Assembly: GCA_048938445.1 (NCBI GenBank)
Contig: JBHLME010000095.1
Span: forward strand, 1 to 17,398
DNA: 17,398 nucleotides
Direction of reading: 5' to 3'
DNA from: Promethearchaeota archaeon
Lineage (GTDB): Archaea; Asgardarchaeota; Lokiarchaeia; Sigyniarchaeales; SOKP01
The notes under the pieces are model-generated. The model did not search any database, was not told the DNA's origin, and saw nothing but the letters and a program-made list of their open reading frames with translations. The position numbers and the translations under genes were made by a program. Below are positions 1 through 6,827 of the stretch, in pieces (positions within the stretch are counted from its first letter, which is position 1; each line of letters begins with the position of its first letter).

Positions 1-702
1 GATTTTTCAAATTCAATCGAATTAGAGGACTTTCGATCGTTTTTATTATTCACAATGAATAGTCAAGTTCCATCTAATTTACTAGCTCAAATTGGATTCG
101 GTAATTCTAAAGAAGTGATAAATTTACCATATAATCCCTTAGCGAAAATGCACTATCAAAAAATTAACTTGATTACCTCTGGTTCATTGATTGTTTATGT
201 TAAATGTGATCCAATCTCAGAAGACTTCTTATTAGAAAAAGAAAATTCTCTTTTTAAGAAATTTTTAAATCCAAATGAATTTAGCCTTGCTTTTCGTGGA
301 AATGAAAAGATTTTAATACCAAAAATAAGTGATTGTAGTTCAATTAACTCTTCAGCAAAGATAAATGTAAAGATTGATGATCTTTATCACTCTTTTCAGA
401 GTTTTATGGCCGTAGCACAACCTAATATAGTATTTGTATTAGAAGGAGGTTCAGATAAACCAGACATAATCTTTGCGTTTAATATGATGCCTCAAATTTC
501 CGAAATTAAATCTGAAAATGTTTTGAAAATTGATGTTTATATAGATCAAAAACATGAAACTAAGGGAAAAACATATATCAAGCGTGAAGAAGATTTTACC
601 ATTGAATTTCTAAACGATATTAAAGAATACAGCCATGCAGACCTATATAAATCCGCTTTTTCCTTGATTTTAAGAGTTAAATCATTAAAAAATCCACTTT
701 AG
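1..702 (+). CDS. Hypothetical protein, probably 5'-truncated by the window edge
   Basis: Frame 1 is open from base 1 (GAT TTT TCA AAT TCA ATC GAA TTA GAG GAC... = DFSNSIELEDFRSFLLFT) into the ATG at 55, so the true start may lie upstream. The stop is TAG at 700-702. Composition looks like a soluble protein and I recognise no motif. Confidence 0.7.
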   Translation, partial: DFSNSIELEDFRSFLLFTMNSQVPSNLLAQIGFGNSKEVINLPYNPLAKMHYQKINLITSGSLIVYVKCDPISEDFLLEKENSLFKKFLNPNEFSLAFRGNEKILIPKISDCSSINSSAKINVKIDDLYHSFQSFMAVAQPNIVFVLEGGSDKPDIIFAFNMMPQISEIKSENVLKIDVYIDQKHETKGKTYIKREEDFTIEFLNDIKEYSHADLYKSAFSLILRVKSLKNPL

Positions 703-710
703 TTAATTAA

Positions 711-762
711 TTTGTTTTTGTTAACTTAAACAATACACGATAAATACTTTATTTTTTTTTTT
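711..762 (+). terminator. Putative archaeal oligo-T terminator(s) after the first ORF
   Basis: T-rich tracts TTTGTTTTTG (711-720) and a long T run at about 748-762 follow the stop codon. The low GC background weakens the signal. Confidence 0.4.
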
Positions 763-873
763 ATTCATAGAAATTTTTAGGGTATTCATCCGACATTAAA
801 TCATTAATATAGGTAATTTAAATATCATTCCATCCAACATAGTTAATAACGGAATATATTAAAATAACCTTAA

Positions 874-885
874 GAAAAGTATATA
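874..885 (+). promoter_or_regulatory. Putative BRE/TATA promoter of the RHH gene
   Basis: GAAAAG-TATATA matches an archaeal purine-rich BRE followed by a TATA box, about 65 nt upstream of the ATG at 949. This is consistent with a leadered mRNA carrying the SD at 939. Confidence 0.4.
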
Positions 886-938
886 GAGATATAATTTTGG
901 ATTATTTTGTAAAAAATATCTGAGTAAATATGCAAAAA

Positions 939-945
939 AGGTGAT
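939..945 (+). promoter_or_regulatory. Shine-Dalgarno-like site AGGTGAT
   Basis: Archaeal-type GGTGA motif ending 3 nt before the ATG at 949. Confidence 0.6.
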
Positions 946-948
946 AGA

Positions 949-1158
949 ATGAAAATTATAACAATTAATCTTCCCGAAAAATATTTGTCCGCTATACAAA
1001 CTTTAAATGACTTAGGTATTTACCCTTCGAGAAGTGAGGCTATTCGAATTGCCCTTCGAGATTTTTTAAACGAGGAATTAAAAATGGACCAGGATCTTGA
1101 CTTAGACACGTTTAAAGAGCTTGTAAGCAGGAATCCAGAAAGGATGAATCCAATATAA
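949..1158 (+). CDS. Ribbon-helix-helix (CopG/Arc/MetJ-type) transcriptional regulator, CdrS-like
   Basis: N-terminal alternating beta-strand (KIITINLP), helix A, then GIYPSRSEAIRIALRDFL, the G-x-Y/F-P-x-RSEAIR signature of archaeal RHH proteins. It has a good SD. Confidence 0.88.
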   Translation: MKIITINLPEKYLSAIQTLNDLGIYPSRSEAIRIALRDFLNEELKMDQDLDLDTFKELVSRNPERMNPI

Positions 1159-1308
1159 TCTATAAGAATATTTATTTTTTTATCTACTTATTTTACCTTA
1201 TATATACTATCTTTTTAGATTAAAATCTTCATATTTTCTTTAAATTTATTTAAAAAAATTAAAATATAAGTCTCACATGATATTAAATATCCGAAATGAG
1301 ATAAAAAT

Positions 1309-2367
1309 ATGTTTTTATCAATGAAAATTGTCAAATATTTTAATAATAGTGATGTCCGACTTGATGATGCTCCAAAACCTCAAATAGAGCCCGGAGAGAT
1401 CTTGGTTGAAGTAAAAAAATCAGGAATATGTGGTTCGGATGTTCTCGAGCATTATCGATTAGCCAAAATGAAGAAATTAGGAGTATCTCATTTGGTATTA
1501 GGTCATGAAATTGCTGGAGATATTGTTCAAATCGGTGAAAATGTTAAAAACTTTAGAATTGGTGATAGAGTTTTTGTATCTCATCATGTTCCATGTTTCG
1601 AATGCCATTTTTGCATTCAAGGCCATCATACAGCATGTGATTTACTCCATAATACAAATTTTGATCCTGGAGGATTTGCAGAATACATTAGGATTCCAGA
1701 AATTAATATTGAAAAGAAAGGTGTATATGTTTTAGATGAAGGAATCTCCTATGAAGAAGCTGTTTTTATTGAACCTTTGGGGTGTGTATGCCGAGCTCAA
1801 AGACAAGCAGATGTAAAAAAAGGGCAAACTGTATTAATATTAGGAAGTGGAGTTTCTGGGTTATTACATCTTCAATTAGCTAAAGTTCGAGGAGCAAGTA
1901 AGGTCATAATGACTGATATAAGTGAATTTAGATTAGAAATGGCGAAGAAATTTGGCGCAGATGCAGTTTTTTATGCAAATAGTGATTTAAATTCCTTAAT
2001 TAATGATATAAATGATAAAAGAACTCCTGATATTATAATTGTCTGTACTGGTGCTTTATCTGCAGCAAAACAAGCTATAGAATGTGCAGGTCCAGGATCT
2101 AAAATAATATTCTTTGCAGTTCCAGGACCAGGGGTAAACATTGAAGTTCCTATCAATGATTATTGGAGAAATGAAGTGACAATCATGACTAGTTATGGGG
2201 CGTCCCCAATGGATCTTGATACAGCATATAATTGGATTTTAGCCAAACGAATAAATGTTATAGAGATTATAACACATAGGTTTTATTTTAGCCAAGCTCA
2301 AGAAGCATTTAAAGTGGTATGTGAAGCAGATAAATCTTTAAAGGTAATTTTAGAACCAGATCGATAA
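1309..2367 (+). CDS. Zn-dependent medium-chain dehydrogenase (L-iditol/sorbitol/threonine dehydrogenase-like); the start may be ATG 1321
   Basis: Catalytic-Zn motifs GICGSD, LGHE and EPLGC; structural-Zn motif CFECHFCIQGHHTAC; Rossmann GSGVSG with an acidic residue (TDIS) suggesting NAD; C-terminal ITHRF...LKVIL. Confidence 0.93.
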   Translation: MFLSMKIVKYFNNSDVRLDDAPKPQIEPGEILVEVKKSGICGSDVLEHYRLAKMKKLGVSHLVLGHEIAGDIVQIGENVKNFRIGDRVFVSHHVPCFECHFCIQGHHTACDLLHNTNFDPGGFAEYIRIPEINIEKKGVYVLDEGISYEEAVFIEPLGCVCRAQRQADVKKGQTVLILGSGVSGLLHLQLAKVRGASKVIMTDISEFRLEMAKKFGADAVFYANSDLNSLINDINDKRTPDIIIVCTGALSAAKQAIECAGPGSKIIFFAVPGPGVNIEVPINDYWRNEVTIMTSYGASPMDLDTAYNWILAKRINVIEIITHRFYFSQAQEAFKVVCEADKSLKVILEPDR

Positions 2368-2371
2368 AATT

Positions 2372-3337
2372 CTAAAAATTTATTGTTTTACTTCTTTTAA
2401 TATGATTCCTTATGAACCAAGATTCCCAAAGTATGAAGATTTCCAATAAAAAATCCTTCAATTTATGTTTAGGAAAAAAAAGATCAAGTTTTAATAGTTC
2501 ATTTACAGCATTATCTTCAGAAATTTGGGGCTTTCCTAAAGATTTAAAAGCATTATCCACTTTTTCTTGATTTTCCTTTATTTTTCTTCTCATATATTCA
2601 AATGGTGTTTTATCTGGATTTTTAATAACATAAGAATGACTAGATGTTAGTATTTTTGCATTATTAAGGAAAAATGATTCAGCATGGTCTATATCCTTCA
2701 AATATTGCATTATTGAATTATGTTTAAATCCATACCACGGTCCAAATCCATCGATATTGGGTTTAGGTTGATCAAAACCTAAACAACTGATATGAAATAG
2801 TTTTTGGCTAGGAATATAAAATCCAACATGACCAAAAGAATGACCTGGGAAGTGTTTGGTTTCTACTAACAAACCATCTAAATCTAATATGCTTCCTGGT
2901 TGAAATGGATGAACTGTTTTACACTTTTCAAATCCATTATATTTGACAAACTGTTCCCCTGTCGATAAACTAACCCCTTCTAAAAATCCAAACCTTTCAA
3001 GAAGAATTTTATGATCTAATAAATGTTCATGTTCTTGTTGGGGTACATGAATTTTAACACCCAAATCTTCCCAAACATGCACGTGAGCTGAATGGTCTAA
3101 ATGTGTATGGCTGCATACATAATCGGAAACAGGTCCAAAATCTTGATAAATTTGCTTAATATATTGAGGTTCCAAGTTTAAATCTAAAATTACCGTTTTA
3201 TTGTTATGGCCCTTTGTAGGTTTGATTATTAGTCCATCACAGCATGTGAAAAGAGATGAAGCTTTGATTTGATGGCAAAGTAATGCATCATCAGTCAATT
3301 GAGTTAATTTAAGATTATCTATCCCGTAAAAAGACAT
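2372..3337 (-). CDS. Metallo-beta-lactamase-fold hydrolase
   Basis: HxHxDH motif (SHTHLDHSAH), PGHSFGH, GPWYG and a late SSH His motif. Confidence 0.88.
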   Translation of the reverse strand: MSFYGIDNLKLTQLTDDALLCHQIKASSLFTCCDGLIIKPTKGHNNKTVILDLNLEPQYIKQIYQDFGPVSDYVCSHTHLDHSAHVHVWEDLGVKIHVPQQEHEHLLDHKILLERFGFLEGVSLSTGEQFVKYNGFEKCKTVHPFQPGSILDLDGLLVETKHFPGHSFGHVGFYIPSQKLFHISCLGFDQPKPNIDGFGPWYGFKHNSIMQYLKDIDHAESFFLNNAKILTSSHSYVIKNPDKTPFEYMRRKIKENQEKVDNAFKSLGKPQISEDNAVNELLKLDLFFPKHKLKDFLLEIFILWESWFIRNHIKRSKTINF

Positions 3338-3435
3338 TAAATCATAATATTTTTTTATAAAAAGTATAATATGAATAGTGTTTAATTACTTTAAAATAAA
3401 ATTTTTTTAAAAAATAAAAGAAATTAAAGAAAGAA

Positions 3436-4236
3436 CTATAATAATCCTTTCGGACCACCTTTATAAATTTCGTAGGCTTCATCAACCGTGGCATCCTCAT
3501 GAACAATTGCCCTTACTGCTTGAATCATTCCTATGGGACTATCAGATTGGAATATATTGCGGCCCATATCTACTCCAACAGCACCTTTATCAATTGCGTT
3601 CTTAGACATTTCTAGCGCATCTCTTTCAGGAATCTTTTTACCTCCTGCTATGACCACTGGAACAGGAACGATTCCTGTTACTTGTTCGAAATCTTCACAA
3701 TAATAAGTTTTTACCATTGTTGCACCCATTTCTGCTGCCATTCTGCTTGCCATTCCAAGATATCGTGCATCTCGTACCATTTCTCTTCCAACCGCTGTGA
3801 CTGCTAATGTAGGTATACCATACTCTTGTCCCCAATTAACTAATTTGGATAAATTCAGTAAGGATTCTTTTTCATGTTCACCACCAATGAAAATAGAACA
3901 TGTTAATGCGGAAACATTTAATCTTATAGCTTCATTAATAGTTACATTGATTTCTTCATTGGAAAGCTCTTTTAACATGCTAGCTCCAGCAGAGACTCTT
4001 AAAATTATTGGCTTATCTATATTTGAAGGAACACAACTTCTAAGCATTCCGCGGGTTAACATTATAGCGTCAGCATATTCATATAATGGTTCAAGACATG
4101 AGAACTGTTTCAATTGTCCAGGAATATTACCAAAATATCCATGATCAATTGCTAACATCACGCAATGACCAGATTTAGTTTGGATTATTCTGTTCAATCT
4201 ATTTAAAAAGCCCCAATCACCAATTGCACTTGCCAT
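3436..4236 (-). CDS. lsrF: LsrF-type 3-hydroxy-5-phosphonooxypentane-2,4-dione thiolase (DhnA class I aldolase family)
   Basis: Collinear LsrF signatures as I recall them: DWG..NRL, VMLAIDHGYF, TRG.LRS, LSNE, RD.RY..A.R.AAEMGA..KTYY (Schiff-base Lys), VPVVIAGGKK.PE, GVDMGRNIFQSD.P. Confidence 0.85.
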   Translation of the reverse strand: MASAIGDWGFLNRLNRIIQTKSGHCVMLAIDHGYFGNIPGQLKQFSCLEPLYEYADAIMLTRGMLRSCVPSNIDKPIILRVSAGASMLKELSNEEINVTINEAIRLNVSALTCSIFIGGEHEKESLLNLSKLVNWGQEYGIPTLAVTAVGREMVRDARYLGMASRMAAEMGATMVKTYYCEDFEQVTGIVPVPVVIAGGKKIPERDALEMSKNAIDKGAVGVDMGRNIFQSDSPIGMIQAVRAIVHEDATVDEAYEIYKGGPKGLL

Positions 4237-4412
4237 TTTATTTCACTTTAAACTTTTCTATTTTATTACAACATTATTTTTTAATTATTAATTTTTGAAT
4301 ATTCTTAATTTTTTCTAGTTTTAAATTAAATCTTCACTAAATTAATTTTAATTTTTATTAAAACTTGTTGTTAAAAGGATAATTCATGATTAAAAGATTA
4401 ACTACATTAATA

Positions 4413-5267
4413 CTATAAGAAGTTTAGGAATTCTTCTACTTTAGTTTTAATTTTTCGTGAAATCCGTCTTGAAAACCTCTGATCTATAAAATTTAAAAGG
4501 AGTGTTAAGCGAGACATGTTAATACGTGGAGAGTTTAAATTTACAGAAAGAGTCTCAATTAATTCCTTTTTATAGATTTCTTTAGCATCTCCAACAATAA
4601 TTTTAACCTCTTCTGCTTCAATAATGAATCTCGCAATTTCTTGCTTTATTATAAATAGTTGCTCTTTTAAATCTATCATTTCGAGGGCTTTTTGTAAAAT
4701 AGATTCTTCAAATTTCAATTTCTCACTCCAAGGTGTTTGATATATCTTTTGTTGAGGATCTATCATTAGTGAAAGTCTTTTCTTTTTTTGTTTTAACTTA
4801 TCAAATTCATTTTTATTGATGAAAATAATAGGATGCGTTAAATCTTTATATTTTTCTGGAAGAATATTATCTAATAATTGATTTAATGCTGTAGAGTCAT
4901 CTGTTCCGTTATCATTTTTTATGATATAAACAGGATAGTTAAATATTTTTGCGTGAAACAGACAAAATACCCCATATAGACCAAAACTATTGATAATTTT
5001 ATTAATAGTTAATTCTGGTGTCTTTTCTAATTCAGAATATTCTTCCTCTTTTAAAGGCATTTTCATAAGTAGGTCTATTCGTTCATATCCCCTCACGATT
5101 CCTTTTATATCAACAAATGCTATGAACTGATGATCAGGACAAACCGCTCCAAATGGAACTTGAATTTTAATAGTTCCGAAATTATTTTGCTCAAAAACAG
5201 CATCAGGAACGGAAATCTTTTTAAAGGTTTGGCAAGCTGGGCAAGTCAATTCTACATATCGAGGCAT
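4413..5267 (-). CDS. Hypothetical protein with an N-terminal CxxC...CxxH zinc ribbon
   Basis: C9-P-A-C12 and C43-P-D-H46 followed by QFIAFVD..G.VRGYE, then an alpha/beta middle region and a helical C-terminus. AAGGA lies upstream of the ATG. Confidence 0.75.
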   Translation of the reverse strand: MPRYVELTCPACQTFKKISVPDAVFEQNNFGTIKIQVPFGAVCPDHQFIAFVDIKGIVRGYERIDLLMKMPLKEEEYSELEKTPELTINKIINSFGLYGVFCLFHAKIFNYPVYIIKNDNGTDDSTALNQLLDNILPEKYKDLTHPIIFINKNEFDKLKQKKKRLSLMIDPQQKIYQTPWSEKLKFEESILQKALEMIDLKEQLFIIKQEIARFIIEAEEVKIIVGDAKEIYKKELIETLSVNLNSPRINMSRLTLLLNFIDQRFSRRISRKIKTKVEEFLNFL

Positions 5268-5514
5268 TTTTCTTTTTAAATCCTTACTATAATAAACGAT
5301 AGTAGCGTAGTGTTAATTCTTTTAATACAATGAATGAAAATTCAAGAATTAAATTTTATCTATTTTTAAAAATATGAATGAAAAATTTAATTCAAAAATT
5401 GTAAATTGATCAATCAATACAAACTCAAATGTTTAAATAAATGAGATAGAATAAAAGCAATATTATACTAATTAGTAATAAATTTAAGATTTTGAAAAAC
5501 ATGGTGTTTTAAAA

Positions 5515-6792
5515 ATGAAGTTAATAGAGATTGTTGGACTAGATGCGGATGATGCAAAAAAATTAGAGAAAGCTGGAATAACATCAGTTGAAGAACTTAT
5601 ACCTTTAACTAAAGGTCAAATAAAAAAGTTAGCAAAAGAAACGGGAATTTCAGAGAAAATACTTGACGATTGGCAAGAACATGCTGATTTAATGAGAATA
5701 GATGGTGTTACCCCTGAATATGCAAGTTTATTAAATGAGATTGGAGTGGATTCAGTAAAGGAATTTGCTCGTAGAAGTCCTAAGAGTATTCACTCTAAGA
5801 TCGTTGAATATGATAACAACAATCCTGGTGTGATAAAAAAAGTACCAACCCAGAAAATAGTGGATAGCTGGATAAAAAAAGCGAAAGAATTAGCTCCACC
5901 AAAAAAACCTAAAAAACCTGAAGAACCAGATGAACCAATCATACCCATAGGTCCCGTATGGACTCCGAAAAAGCCAAAAAAGCCTGCTAAACCCGAAAAA
6001 CAAAAAGAAGATTATGGTGAATATGGTCCAGATTATTGGAATGATAAATGGGTAAAGCAACCAATTATTTATACAGGGAGGGCCCTTCGTGGTGCTTCTT
6101 ATAATAAGCAAATAGATGTAGATGTAAAGACATTCATTAAAAATAATGATGAGATTTTAAAACATATTATTAAAGAAGCTAAACTAAAGAAAGATACATT
6201 CAATGCAACAGCTTTAGCTTGCCAGAATTTCGTGTGTGAAATCTTGGCATATAAATTTGATGAAGAAACCTCTGATTGTGTCGAATTTTGGCAATTTCCG
6301 TTTGAATCAATACAGTCCTCAGTCGGCGATTGCGAAGATGGAGCCATATTAATTGCAGGTTTATGTATTAATGCAGGAATTCCCTCATGGCGTGTGAAAT
6401 GTGTTGGCGGGGCAGTCTTGCCCGATCCTACAGCACCTGCAATTCCCGGAGAAGAACTTGGTGGTCATGGATGGACTATTTATTTAGCAGATAGAGCCGA
6501 TTCAGAAAGAAATTTAGAATGGGTAATATTAGACTGGTGCTATTGTCCAGATCCAGAAATATCAGTAGAAGATAAACCCTTAGCTAGAGATGGTGGACAA
6601 GAAGGTGCATATAAGGATGTATGGTTTACATATAATGATGAATATAGCTGGGCTCCAGAGCAAGTGACAATCGCAGAAAGCAGGATTAGTAATAACAGGA
6701 CGACAACTAAAGATGATGTTTTAGAAATTAAAGAATTTTTAACTGAAATGGTAAAAGATATATTCAGTAAATACAATCTTGAAGTAGATTAA
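5515..6792 (+). CDS. Fusion protein: DUF4332/helix-hairpin-helix domain, Pro/Lys-rich linker and transglutaminase-like (Cys-His-Asp) domain
   Basis: aa 1-126 contain two HhH-like repeats (IVGLDADDAKKLEKAGITSVEEL; ADLMRIDGVTPEYASLLNEIGVDSV...VDSWIKKAK) typical of DUF4332. aa 127-165 are the PKKPKKP linker. The C-terminal domain has EFWQFPFE, GDCEDGAIL (Cys273), GGHGW (His318) and ILDWCY (Asp340). Confidence 0.82.
   Translation: MKLIEIVGLDADDAKKLEKAGITSVEELIPLTKGQIKKLAKETGISEKILDDWQEHADLMRIDGVTPEYASLLNEIGVDSVKEFARRSPKSIHSKIVEYDNNNPGVIKKVPTQKIVDSWIKKAKELAPPKKPKKPEEPDEPIIPIGPVWTPKKPKKPAKPEKQKEDYGEYGPDYWNDKWVKQPIIYTGRALRGASYNKQIDVDVKTFIKNNDEILKHIIKEAKLKKDTFNATALACQNFVCEILAYKFDEETSDCVEFWQFPFESIQSSVGDCEDGAILIAGLCINAGIPSWRVKCVGGAVLPDPTAPAIPGEELGGHGWTIYLADRADSERNLEWVILDWCYCPDPEISVEDKPLARDGGQEGAYKDVWFTYNDEYSWAPEQVTIAESRISNNRTTTKDDVLEIKEFLTEMVKDIFSKYNLEVD
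5893..6009 (+). repeat. Low-complexity PKKPKKP repeats encoding an interdomain linker
   Basis: APPKKPKKPEEPDEP and TPKKPKKPAKPEKQKE are two copies of PKKPKKP that differ at synonymous positions. Confidence 0.75.
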
Positions 6793-6827
6793 TTTATTTT
6801 TAATTTTTATTACTTATTTTTTTTTTT
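6793..6827 (+). terminator. Putative oligo-T terminator for the 5515-6792 gene, overlapping the 3' end of the antisense EamA gene
   Basis: Several T tracts directly follow the TAA, including T11 at 6817-6827, which encodes Lys codons of EamA on the minus strand. Confidence 0.45.

Noticed and set aside
1505-2156. Short ORFs 1505-1735 (+) and 1971-2156 (-)
   Set aside because: Both lie entirely within the well-supported dehydrogenase gene and have no motifs; they are alternative-frame or antisense shadows.
3797-4144. 115-aa plus-strand ORF
   Set aside because: Antisense shadow of lsrF, with the Ser/Ile/Phe-rich composition typical of reverse-complemented coding DNA.
3436-4236. Annotation as archaeal fructose-bisphosphate aldolase or ADH synthase (AroA')
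   Set aside because: Same superfamily, but the DWG..NRL, KTYY, GGKK.PE and GVDMGRNIFQ signatures fit LsrF better.
787-5384. Identical 44-bp spacing of two different intergenic direct repeats as a shared system or mini-CRISPR
   Set aside because: There are only two copies of each, they are 10-11 bp long with unrelated sequences, and no cas genes are present. This is probably coincidence.
5890-6776. Three minus-strand ORFs, one Phe/Trp-rich and membrane-like
   Set aside because: Antisense to the fusion gene. The hydrophobicity simply mirrors the AAA/CCA codons of the PKK linker.
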